From Acidobacteriota bacterium (lineage in GTDB: Bacteria > Acidobacteriota > Thermoanaerobaculia > Multivoradales > UBA5704): 64,000 nt of DNA. The translations under genes and the position numbers were made by a program. Positions 19,046 to 27,633 of this stretch are shown here, in pieces; position 1 is the first letter of the stretch; each line of letters opens with the position of its first letter. The DNA lies in assembly GCA_040005235.1 (NCBI GenBank), contig JBDTZG010000002.1, forward strand, positions 160,001-224,000, given 5' to 3'. The notes under the pieces are model-generated. The model saw only the letters and a list, made by a program, of their open reading frames with translations, had not been told where the DNA came from and ran no database searches.

Positions 19046-20011
19046 GTGGCGAACCATCCGTTCGAAGGAATCCGCTGGGCTTGGATGAACGGCCGATTGG
19101 TGGAGTTCGAAAAAGCCACCGTCCCGGTCATGACCCATGCTCTGCATTACGGCACCGGAGTGTTCGAAGGCATCCGGTGCTATCAGACCCAGCAGGGTTC
19201 GGCGGTGTTCCGTCTGGCGGAGCACATCCAGCGGTTGCTCCATTCGGCCAAAATCTGCCGCATGGAGCTGGCGTTTTCCGCGGGCGAGCTGGAGGCGGCG
19301 GTCGATGAGACGATCCGCGCCAACGAGCTGAACGCCTGCTACATCCGGCCGATCGCGTTCCGCGGTTTCGGGCCGATGGGCGTCAATCCGCTCAAATCGC
19401 CGATTGAGGTCGCGATCGGCGTCTGGCCCTGGGGGACCTATCTGGGCGAGGAAGCGCTGGAGAAAGGCGTCGACGTCTGCGTCTCCTCGTGGCGCCGGCC
19501 GTCCCAGGACGCGGTGCCCGCGATCTCCAAAGCGACCGGCAACTACATGAACGGCGGCCTGATCAAGATGGAGGCGGTCCTCGGAGGCTTCCACGAGGCG
19601 ATCGCGCTCGATACCGCGGGCTACGTCAGCGAAGGTTCGGGCGAGAACCTGTTTCTGGTACAGGGCGGCGTGCTCTACACGCCGCCGGTCGCGTCGTCGA
19701 TCCTCGCCGGCATCACCCGCGATACGGTGCTGACCCTCGCCCGCGACCTCGGGATCGCGATCCGCGAAGAGACCATTCCGCGAAGCCTGCTCTACATCTG
19801 CGACGAGCTCTTCTTCACCGGCACCGCGGCCGAGATCACGCCGATCCGCTCCGTCGATCGAATCACGGTCGGCCTCGGACGGCCCGGCGAGATCACCCGC
19901 CGGCTGATGGCCGAATTCCGGCGCGTCGTCACGGGCGAGACGCCCGATCGCCATGGCTGGCTCCACCCGGTCGCCGTCGAGGCGGCGGCTTCGTTGGCTT
20001 CGGTCGTCTGA
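19046..20011 (+). CDS. ilvE: Branched-chain amino acid aminotransferase
   Basis: RBS GGAGG before GTG 19046; HALHYGTGVFEGIR, YIRP, KATGNY, EGSGENLF, LAGITR, FFTGTAAEITPI. Confidence 0.92.
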   Translation: MANHPFEGIRWAWMNGRLVEFEKATVPVMTHALHYGTGVFEGIRCYQTQQGSAVFRLAEHIQRLLHSAKICRMELAFSAGELEAAVDETIRANELNACYIRPIAFRGFGPMGVNPLKSPIEVAIGVWPWGTYLGEEALEKGVDVCVSSWRRPSQDAVPAISKATGNYMNGGLIKMEAVLGGFHEAIALDTAGYVSEGSGENLFLVQGGVLYTPPVASSILAGITRDTVLTLARDLGIAIREETIPRSLLYICDELFFTGTAAEITPIRSVDRITVGLGRPGEITRRLMAEFRRVVTGETPDRHGWLHPVAVEAAASLASVV

Positions 20012-20030
20012 CGCGATGAGTTTCTTCTAG

Positions 20031-21203
20031 ATGAACATCAACGACCTGCTCAAGATCGCGGTCGAACGCAAGGCCTCCGACCTTCACCTGAAGGTCGGCA
20101 GCCATCCGGTCATTCGCGTCGACGGCGAGCTGATCGGCCTTGCCGATTTGAAGCGCCTGCTCCAAGAGGACACCATCGCGATGGCGTTCTCGATCATGAA
20201 CGCGCGCCAGAAGCAGCGCTTCAAGGAAGAGTACGAGCTCGACATCGCGTATTCTGTTCCCGGTCTCGGCCGTTTCCGGTGCAACGTCTTCCAGCAGCGC
20301 GGCGCGGTGGGCCTGGTGCTCCGCGTCATCCCGGCCCGCATCCAGACGATGCGCGAGCTGATGCTGCCGCCCGTGCTCGAAAAGATCTGCGAGGAACGCC
20401 GCGGCCTGATCCTCTGCACGGGGACCACCGGCTCGGGCAAGTCGACGACGCTCGCCGCGATGCTCGACTCGATCAATTCCGGGCGCTCCGAGCACATCAT
20501 GACGATCGAGGACCCGATCGAATTCCTCCACCGGGACAAGAAATCGATCGTCAACCAGCGCGAGATCGACGTCGACACGCGGGCCTTCTCGCCCGCCCTG
20601 CGCGCCGCCCTGCGCCAAGACCCGGACGTCATCCTGGTCGGCGAAATGCGCGACTACGAGACGATCGAAACCGCGCTGCTCGCGGCCGAGACGGGCCACC
20701 TCGTCTTTTCGACCCTTCACACCCTGGACGCGACGGAAACGATCAACCGCATCATCTCGGTCTTCCCGCCGCATCATCAAAAGCAGATCCGCATTCAGCT
20801 TTCCGCGGTCTTGAAGTCGGTCGTCTCCCTTCGCCTGCTGCCTCGCGCCGACGGCATCGGCCGGGTGCCGGCGGTCGAGGTGATGATTTCGACCCCCTAC
20901 ATCCGCGACTGCATCGAGAACAAAGAGAAGACCAAGTTCATCCGCGAGCAAATCGCCGGCGGCACCAGCCAGTACGGCATGCAGACGTTCGACCAGTCGC
21001 TGTTTCAGCTGTATAAGGGCGGCCTGATCACGCTCGAAGAGGCGCTACGCCGCGCTTCGAACCCGGACGAGTTCAAGCTCAAAATCCAGGGCGTGCAGTT
21101 CACCTCGGACGCCGCGCGCGAGCAGATGGAAGAGTCGATCGAGCTGGCGCCCGAAAACGATCTGCTCGGTTCGGCCTCGCCGTTCGAGATCGAACACAAC
21201 TGA
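20031..21203 (+). CDS. pilT: PilT/PilU-family type IV pilus retraction ATPase
   Basis: ASDLHL, GTTGSGKSTT, TIEDPIE, LRQDPDVILVGEMRD, AETGHLVFSTLHT, GMQTFDQSL. Confidence 0.9.
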   Translation: MNINDLLKIAVERKASDLHLKVGSHPVIRVDGELIGLADLKRLLQEDTIAMAFSIMNARQKQRFKEEYELDIAYSVPGLGRFRCNVFQQRGAVGLVLRVIPARIQTMRELMLPPVLEKICEERRGLILCTGTTGSGKSTTLAAMLDSINSGRSEHIMTIEDPIEFLHRDKKSIVNQREIDVDTRAFSPALRAALRQDPDVILVGEMRDYETIETALLAAETGHLVFSTLHTLDATETINRIISVFPPHHQKQIRIQLSAVLKSVVSLRLLPRADGIGRVPAVEVMISTPYIRDCIENKEKTKFIREQIAGGTSQYGMQTFDQSLFQLYKGGLITLEEALRRASNPDEFKLKIQGVQFTSDAAREQMEESIELAPENDLLGSASPFEIEHN

Positions 21204-21231
21204 CGACCGACGGCACATTCGTGAACACCCC

Positions 21232-21699
21232 ATGACCCGGGAAAAACCGCCCGCCTACGAGCAGGCGGTTCGACTGCTCGGAACCCGGCCCCACTTTCGC
21301 CGCGAGCTGGAACAGAAGCTCGCGGCCCGCGCCTACGAAGACGCCGAAGTCGCCCCGGCGCTCGACCGGTTGGCGGGAGCCGGCTACCTCGACGACTTTT
21401 CGACCGCCCGCTCCTTCGTCGCCCAGCGCCTCGCTCGCGGCGCCGAAGGAAAACTCAAGCTGAAAGCCGAGCTGGAACGCCGCGGGGCCTCGTCCGCAGC
21501 CGTGGCGGCGGCGCTCGCCGAGATCCCCGACGACGACCTGGAACCCGCGCGGCAAGCCGCCGCCAAGTGGTCGCGCCGCGGCAAGACCGATCCCGCGGCG
21601 CTCGCCCGGCATCTCGCGGCCAAGGGGTTCTCGCGCCGGGCGATCGGGGCGGTGATCGCAGCAGGCGGCTGGGATGAAACCTTTGATCTCGATTCGTAA
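21232..21699 (+). CDS. recX: RecX regulatory protein
   Basis: AVRLLGTRPHFRRELEQKL, GYLDD, LKAELERRG, LARHLAAKGFS: the three-helix-repeat RecX pattern. Confidence 0.8.
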   Translation: MTREKPPAYEQAVRLLGTRPHFRRELEQKLAARAYEDAEVAPALDRLAGAGYLDDFSTARSFVAQRLARGAEGKLKLKAELERRGASSAAVAAALAEIPDDDLEPARQAAAKWSRRGKTDPAALARHLAAKGFSRRAIGAVIAAGGWDETFDLDS

Positions 21700-21765
21700 C
21701 CGGGGACCGCTTCGCAGGAGCCGAGACGCACTTCGCGGCTTCCCGCAAGCGCCTCCCCGCTTCGC

Positions 21766-21891
21766 AAACCCGGTGGGCAGGCGCCGGAAAGCGGCGGGCA
21801 GGTGCCGGAAACCGCCGGGCAGGCGCCGAAACCCGGTGGGCAGGTGCCGGAAACCGCCGGGCAGGCGCCGGAATCCGGTGGGCAGGAAGCG
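21766..21891. repeat. Six degenerate tandem 21-bp repeats
   Basis: Units such as aaacccggtgggcaggcgccg, gaaagcggcgggcaggtgccg and gaaaccgccgggcaggcgccg, contiguous with no spacers. Confidence 0.85.
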
Positions 21892-22070
21892 GAGAGTGCT
21901 GTGCGGCAACCCAAACCCACCGGATCGGGTCCGAGCACCGCTTCGCAAGGTGCCGGAAGCGGCGGATGGGCGCCGAGCACCGGTTTGCGCCCGCCGCGAA
22001 GCGCTTCTAGGGACCGGGCCACCGGTGCGCTGACGCGATCCACCGGTCTCCGCTTCCCACCCGCCGCTCT

Positions 22071-22198
22071 TGGGCAGCCGCGAAGCGGTCACGGGTCTTC
22101 ACCCACCGCTTCTGGGAACCTGCGAAGCGGTGTTCGGACTCGGCCCACCACTTTGGGGAACCTGCGAAGCGGTCTCCGGGCTCGGTCTACCACCTGGG
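22071..22198. repeat. About three degenerate tandem 42-bp repeats
   Basis: gggaacctgcgaagcggt...caccac(t/c) recurs at 42-bp spacing. Confidence 0.6.
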
Positions 22199-22350
22199 TG
22201 AAACTGCCCACCGGAGCCGGAAAGTGAACCCCAAGCGGCGGGCGTATCCCGAGATCTCGCTCGACCTCGAAGCGTTCTGGGGAAAGGTGGAGCGGCGGCT
22301 GGGGTAAGAAACCGTTGGCAGGGGGAGATGCGGCGCCGCCCGGACAATCC

Positions 22351-23802
22351 TCAACCGATCGGATCGTGAGGGCGGCGCGCCAAGTCGCGGGCGGCTTGCC
22401 GGGCAAGGGCGGCGGTGGCGGTTTCTTGGACCGCCGCGGCGAGGAACAGCTTGAGCGACACGTGCGCTTCGCGGTGGAGCTGTTCGCTCTCGAAGGTCTT
22501 GCGCATCTCGAAGACCATCGAGCGGACTTCCGCCCCCCGCCCCTCGCCCAAAAGGAGCGCCGCTTCGTCCAGACCCACGAGCGCCGCGTCGAGATGGAGA
22601 TTGAGATCCGCGAAAGCTTTTCGCACGTCGGGATAGCGGGCCAGCGCCTCGGCCGTCCTGCCGCTCGCGGCACAGATCCAGGCTTCCAGCCAATCAACGC
22701 GGAGGCGGTCCAAGTCGTTGCCCAGCTCCCCGGCCAGGGAGCGGATCTCGGGCAGCAGCGTCTCGGCCTCCGCGGGCCGGTCGAGGTGGAGCAGGTTGGT
22801 GGCGAGGTTGAACCGGAGAACGCAGCGCGGGCGCAAGTCCCCTATGGCTTCGATCAGGGGCGCGGCTTCGCGCAGGGTGGCGACCGCCGCTTCAGGGTCA
22901 CCCTTCTGCGCAAGAGTCGTCGCGCGATTGATGAGCAAGCGGCCGCGGAGCGGTCCTTCCCCTTCAAGCGCCTGGGCGCGATCATGGCGTTCGAACGCAG
23001 CAGAAAATCGGCGTTGATCCCGCGACAGTGAGGCCTCGCGATCGAGAACGCGGACTTCCGACAGCAGGCCCGGATCGTCGGCCGCGCCGCGGTCGAACCG
23101 CCCACGGGCGCGGCGCAGGGTGATCTCGGCGCCGTGGGGCTGGTTGGCCACACGGATCGCGTTGGCGAGGAAAACGCCCGCGTAGCCGCAAACACGCTCT
23201 CGCCAGCCCTCGCCACCGGGAACTTGCTCCGCCAGCTGAACCGCGAGCCGTGCCAGGTCGAGCGCCTCGCATGCAGTGGCGCTCGCCTTGACCTCGCTGA
23301 GGTGACAAAGGATCTCCACGAGAGCCCACGCGTGGAACGAGGGGAGGGTTTCGACCAGCAGGCGCCGTTCCTCGGCCGACCGGGGCTCGAGGCGCTTCCA
23401 GAGCGCGAGCGCCGGAAGTCGATCTTCCGCTCGCGGCCCGGCGGGTTCGGCGGTTCCGCCCCCCAGGCCGGAAAGGGCGGGCACCATGGCGGCGGCGGCG
23501 CGGCGCCCGGCTTCCGATCCGAGGGTCGGCCCGAGATCCGGCCCGATACCCGGCCCGCCGTCCCCCTGGGCTAGCTCGCGATCGGCCTGGACCACGCTTT
23601 CCAAGAAGCTCAACGAGCGGCGGGCGGCCGCTGCGATCCGTTCGAGCTGTGGGCGCTCCGGGGTTACCTCGCCCCGTTCGTAGTCCGAAATCTGGCTGGC
23701 GTGCATCCCTGCGCGCTCGGCCAGCTCGCCCTGGTTGAGGTTGGCGAGCGCCCGGGCGACCCTCACGATCGCCGACTCGACCGCCTGGCTCTTTTCAGCC
23801 AT
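22351..23802 (-). CDS. XRE-family HTH + TPR-repeat regulator (paralog 1), 483 aa
   Basis: RBS GGAGG before ATG 23802 (MAEKSQ); HTH LNQGELAERAGMHASQISDYERG; long TPR-like helical C-terminus. Confidence 0.85.
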   Translation of the reverse strand: MAEKSQAVESAIVRVARALANLNQGELAERAGMHASQISDYERGEVTPERPQLERIAAAARRSLSFLESVVQADRELAQGDGGPGIGPDLGPTLGSEAGRRAAAAMVPALSGLGGGTAEPAGPRAEDRLPALALWKRLEPRSAEERRLLVETLPSFHAWALVEILCHLSEVKASATACEALDLARLAVQLAEQVPGGEGWRERVCGYAGVFLANAIRVANQPHGAEITLRRARGRFDRGAADDPGLLSEVRVLDREASLSRDQRRFSAAFERHDRAQALEGEGPLRGRLLINRATTLAQKGDPEAAVATLREAAPLIEAIGDLRPRCVLRFNLATNLLHLDRPAEAETLLPEIRSLAGELGNDLDRLRVDWLEAWICAASGRTAEALARYPDVRKAFADLNLHLDAALVGLDEAALLLGEGRGAEVRSMVFEMRKTFESEQLHREAHVSLKLFLAAAVQETATAALARQAARDLARRPHDPIG

Positions 23803-23931
23803 CGTCAGCCTCCCCGAACCGCCGGCCGATGCCGCATGATCCCCAGGGCGACAAAGTTCGGCGAATCCCTTCGCCGAGCCTCGCGCGGGCCGGACGAACC
23901 GGCCCCGCCATACGCGCCCGGGAGAATCCTC

Positions 23932-24219
23932 ATGGCTCGCTTCAAGGTCTTCGTACCCCTCGTTCTCATCCTGCTGCTCATCGTACCCGCGGCGGCCTCG
24001 GCCGCCACCCTCTCCCGCGGTTCCGGCGAGGGCTGGTCCACCTGGATGCGTTCGATCTGGGCTGCGATCGGCTGTACTATTGATCCTAGCGGTTCTTGCG
24101 CACAAGAGCCAAGATCCAACATCGGCTGCGGCATCGATCCGGGCGGGCACTGCGGCGGCGCGCCCGCCCCGGCGGAGATCGGCTGCATTCTCGATCCGGG
24201 TGGGCGCTGCCGCGGTTGA
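23932..24219 (+). CDS. Secreted 95-aa peptide with three IGCx(I/L)DPxGxC repeats
   Basis: RBS GGAGA; signal peptide MARFKVFVPLVLILLLIVPAAASA; cores IGCTIDPSGSC, IGCGIDPGGHC, IGCILDPGGRC. Confidence 0.8.
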   Translation: MARFKVFVPLVLILLLIVPAAASAATLSRGSGEGWSTWMRSIWAAIGCTIDPSGSCAQEPRSNIGCGIDPGGHCGGAPAPAEIGCILDPGGRCRG

Positions 24220-24255
24220 GACCTGGGCCTTCGACCGAATCAGGTTGGGAAAGTG

Positions 24256-24323
24256 GTAGGGGCGGAGCTCGCCTCCGCCCGAGATCTGCGGCAACCGCGG
24301 TCGGAGGCAAGCTCCGCCCCTAC
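24256..24323. repeat. GTAG-type REP doublet (REPIN-like inverted repeat)
   Basis: gtaggggcggagctcgcctccg ... cggaggcaagctccgcccctac; GTAG at both outer ends; lies between convergent genes. Confidence 0.65.
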
Positions 24324-24343
24324 GACAACCCAGGCCGCGATCG

Positions 24344-25777
24344 TCAACTTTTCAGGCGGGAACGGCCCCATGCACGAGCCGCCTCTCGGGCGAGCGCCGC
24401 GGTCGCCGATTCGTGCTCCGCCGCTTCGAGGAAAAGCCGAACCGAAGCCAGCTCTTCACCTTCGAGCCCGTGCGCTGAAAACAAGGGGACCAGGTCGGCT
24501 GCCAGCCGTTTGACCCGGCCGTGGCGGCCGGCTTCGAGATGGAGGGCGGCGGCTTCCAGTCCGGCGAGCGCCGCATCCGCGCCTTGGTCCAAGCGATCGA
24601 ATTCGCCGATCAAGCTTTCGTACGCAACGATCGCCTCCCCGCTGCGTCCGGACGCTTCGGCAATCCGGCCTTCCAACCAACGCAAGCGTAGGCGGTCGAG
24701 GGCTCCGCCGAGCTGAACCGCCAGCGTGCGGACCTGGGGAAGAAGCGCTCGGGCATCCTCCACCCGTCCGAGGCCCAGATAGCTGACCACGAGGTTGAAA
24801 CGGAGGACCAGCCGTTCCCGTTGCGTCTCGGCCCGATCGACCGATGGAAGCGCCTCGATCATGTCCGAGAGCGCGGCCTCGCCCTTCCCCATGACTTCCA
24901 ACGTGGCTGCCCGATTGAGCAGCAGCCGGCCGCGCAGCTCCTTTCGCCCCTCCGCCAGCGCCCGGTCCTGCAGCGCCAGCGCCTTCGCAAACTCCCTCTG
25001 GTCGCGCCAGAACGAGGCTTCGCGGTCCAGCAAACGCACCGGATCGAGCAGGCCGGGATCCTCCTCCGCGCCGCGGGGGAACAGGTCGTTCGACCGGGCG
25101 AGAGCCTTCCGGGAGCGCTCGAAGTCATTCGCCACCCGGCAGGCGCTGCTCAGGTAGGCCCAGGCGTACCCTTCCACCCGCGCGCGCCAACCTTCACTGC
25201 CGGGAACGCGCTCGGCCACCCAGAGCGCCAGCTCGGCAAGCAGGACCGATTCCTGGGCGGAATCGCTGGCCTTGTCTTCGCTCTCGTGGCTCAGCCGCTC
25301 CACCAGCGCCCAGCTCCAGACCTCCGGGCCGTTTTCGACCACGAAGCGGCGCTCTGCCGTGCTCTTGCCGGCGAGCCGGCGCCAGAGCGCTGCGGCTTCC
25401 GCGCGCTCCTCCTCCGCGTGCCGCAGCCGGGTTTGCCCGGTCAGATGCGCTCGCAGCTCGGCCGCCCCGGCGGCGACCGCTTCGTCGATTCTCCTTCGTT
25501 CCTCAGGAGTGGGCTCGATGGGGCCGGCTTCGGTGTCGCCCGGCGCGATCACCGCCACGAACGCCAGGGCGGCGGCGAACGCCCCGTAAGGAGCGTTCAT
25601 CAGAGCGGCAAAAAAGTCCAAACGCTCCCGGGTCAGGCGGGTGTCGCCCGACTCGATCTCCGACATCGCGCTTCGCGACAGGCCGGCCGCCCGACCGAGC
25701 TGCTCCTGGCCCCAGCCCAAGGCGATGCGCAGAAGCTTTAGCGCGAGGTGAAGCGGGAGGCCGCAATGGGTAGGCAT
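24344..25777 (-). CDS. XRE-family HTH + TPR-repeat regulator (paralog 2), 477 aa
   Basis: HTH WGQEQLGRAAGLSRSAMSEIESG; shares blocks with paralog 1 (VPGxEGWR, DPGLL..VRxLDREAS..RDQR, LRFNL, LDRLR..WLE). Confidence 0.85.
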   Translation of the reverse strand: MPTHCGLPLHLALKLLRIALGWGQEQLGRAAGLSRSAMSEIESGDTRLTRERLDFFAALMNAPYGAFAAALAFVAVIAPGDTEAGPIEPTPEERRRIDEAVAAGAAELRAHLTGQTRLRHAEEERAEAAALWRRLAGKSTAERRFVVENGPEVWSWALVERLSHESEDKASDSAQESVLLAELALWVAERVPGSEGWRARVEGYAWAYLSSACRVANDFERSRKALARSNDLFPRGAEEDPGLLDPVRLLDREASFWRDQREFAKALALQDRALAEGRKELRGRLLLNRAATLEVMGKGEAALSDMIEALPSVDRAETQRERLVLRFNLVVSYLGLGRVEDARALLPQVRTLAVQLGGALDRLRLRWLEGRIAEASGRSGEAIVAYESLIGEFDRLDQGADAALAGLEAAALHLEAGRHGRVKRLAADLVPLFSAHGLEGEELASVRLFLEAAEHESATAALAREAARAWGRSRLKS

Positions 25778-25942
25778 GGGTTCATCTCTTCACTATAGGT
25801 AGGCATGGGTTTCATCGGCTCCACTAAAGGAGTAAGTTGCCGCAACCCCCTATTTGGAGGACAAGAAAGATCGAATTCCGGGAATCCGATACCGGGACGC
25901 CGAACTTTGTCGCCTCTGCGCCTGTTCTGCATCAGAAGTTGA

Positions 25943-26434
25943 ATGGATCGTAAAAAAATTGGAGCGAGGGCGGTTACCGTTCCCTGCATGGACACGCCAT
26001 CACCGCTCGGGCGGCTTGTTGGGCCACTTGGGCCCGAGAGGCTCGCGGATGCGCCGAAATCGGTGCCGGTGCATTCGCCCCATTTCCGGCTGGCGTGGCG
26101 CTCGATGGAGCTTGCCGAGCGCGCGGCCCGAATGGGGGAGCTGGCCCGAGCCGAGGAAGCGTTCCTCATCGCCGCCCATGGTTTCGGCCTTTCCGGGCTG
26201 CCTTGGCTCGAAGGGTTGGCGACGCTCGCGCTCGCCGCGGTCTACCGGCTCGAAGGCTTCGAGCTGCCGGACTGGATCGTCGATCGGCCGAGGGTTCTCG
26301 GCGTCGCGCCCGATGTCGTAGAGCTGCTGCTCGACATCCTGCTCTTGATCGACATCACCCCGCCGGATTCGCAGTTTTTGTGGGAATTGCTCGCGGACGT
26401 GAGCGCCCACCGGATGGGCTTGGAGCGCTCATGA
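25943..26434 (+). CDS. Hypothetical protein with TPR-like helical hairpin
   Basis: 163 aa (start could be a later Met); LAWRSMELAERAARMGELARAEEAF...LATLALAAVYRLEG resembles the C-terminal TPRs of the neighbouring regulators. Confidence 0.55.
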   Translation: MDRKKIGARAVTVPCMDTPSPLGRLVGPLGPERLADAPKSVPVHSPHFRLAWRSMELAERAARMGELARAEEAFLIAAHGFGLSGLPWLEGLATLALAAVYRLEGFELPDWIVDRPRVLGVAPDVVELLLDILLLIDITPPDSQFLWELLADVSAHRMGLERS

Positions 26435-26922
26435 CGGTCCGCAAGGACTCCGCGCATCTGACGTTTCCCCAGGATGCCCAACAGGTCTTCGCCCGTGCGG
26501 AGGCGGCGCGTGACCAAGGTCGACTGGAAGATGCCGCAAGGCTTTTTGGGCGCTCCGCGACAACCTGGGGCACTGAAGGCAGGGTGTTTCAAGCCATCGA
26601 CGCATACCTTGAGCTGGGGGCCATTCTTCTCCTCCAGGGCAGAGGAACTCTGCTTCCCGACCTCGCCGAAAGGCTGCTCGAACTGTCGAAGCAGAACCCG
26701 CTGCCGCCGGGCACTTACGCGAAGCTTCAGATCTTCGCGGTTCTGATGAGAAAGGCCGTCGAGATTGAGGGAGCGTACTTCAGCCTCGTTCACGAACAGC
26801 GCCGCCACCGGAAGGCGGTACGGGACTTTGAAGAGGCAAAGCCTGAGGCGCCCGATCACCGAGAGGCTCTTGGCGAACCCTCGTCGTCTTGGACGCCTGC
26901 CACCCGAAGGAGTTGCCCGTGA
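26431..26922 (+). CDS. Hypothetical protein with TPR-like segment
   Basis: ATGA overlap with the previous gene; ARAEAARDQGRLEDAARLF...AYLELGAILLLQGRG. Confidence 0.6.
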   Translation: MTVRKDSAHLTFPQDAQQVFARAEAARDQGRLEDAARLFGRSATTWGTEGRVFQAIDAYLELGAILLLQGRGTLLPDLAERLLELSKQNPLPPGTYAKLQIFAVLMRKAVEIEGAYFSLVHEQRRHRKAVRDFEEAKPEAPDHREALGEPSSSWTPATRRSCP

Positions 26923-27389
26923 AGCTAGAAGTCACCAAATTCCACCTGGTCCTTGAACTGGACCTGGTACGAGGGAACTGCCGCTGGCGCGAGCTGGCGC
27001 CTTTTCGCGAAGCGGTGTTGTCCCACTTTGCCGATGCGGAGCTTCGCGCTCACCTTGCTCTCCTGGGCGAGGCCCTGGCCGAACACCTGCTGGAGTTCGA
27101 GCAAGAAGCGGTAAGCCCCGGGGAGCCCTGGCCGAAGGTGCAGCTCCGAGCTTTGACGGTGGATCTTCGCCACTCCTGGGAAGGGCTCCAAGAGGTCGTT
27201 TCAACCGCCGAAGGGGATGACTCCCTCGCGGATCGACAGCAGTTGATTCAGATTTCCAAGGAGTTGATCCGAGGTCTTGACCGAGATCTCTCGAAAGTGG
27301 AGAGCTTCCTCGGTTCGATTCCAAAGCCCCGACCTCCGAAGAAGGGGCGCGGAAAATCTCTTGGGAAGGAATCCAAAGGAAGGCCCTGA
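26919..27389 (+). CDS. Hypothetical helical protein
   Basis: RBS AAGGAG and GTGA overlap with the previous stop; 156 aa with a basic tail. Confidence 0.55.
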   Translation: MKLEVTKFHLVLELDLVRGNCRWRELAPFREAVLSHFADAELRAHLALLGEALAEHLLEFEQEAVSPGEPWPKVQLRALTVDLRHSWEGLQEVVSTAEGDDSLADRQQLIQISKELIRGLDRDLSKVESFLGSIPKPRPPKKGRGKSLGKESKGRP

Positions 27390-27633
27390 AATGACGTCAG
27401 CGCCGGGAGAGTCAGTCGGTTCCCAAACAGGGACTCCTTCTTTTGGAGGTCTGTCCAAGTCCGAACGGTTGCGATTGGCTGTTCAGGAGTTTACCTGTAG
27501 AGACGGCCGAAAATCCCATCCCACCCTTTAGGCCGGGGGCTTTCCTCGCGAGACACTCGCGCGAGATCGTCCCGCCGCTGCGATAGACTCCCGCTCACAC
27601 TTCACCCTCCCCGCCGTGTCTTCGGAGGTGGCC

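Noticed and set aside
21766-22198. Possible CRISPR array
   Set aside because: Repeats are contiguous and degenerate, with no unique spacers, and no cas genes are in the window
24067-24210. DPxG repeats as an Rhs autoproteolysis motif or a lanthipeptide/ranthipeptide core
   Set aside because: There is no YD-repeat core and the spacing differs from the Rhs motif. No LanB/C/M, radical SAM or YcaO gene is nearby, and the precursor has a Sec-type signal rather than a RiPP leader.
23803-24294. 164-aa N-terminal extension of HTH-TPR paralog 1 (647-aa ORF call)
   Set aside because: A good RBS and ATG at 23802 give a length matching paralog 2, and the extension is antisense to the peptide gene
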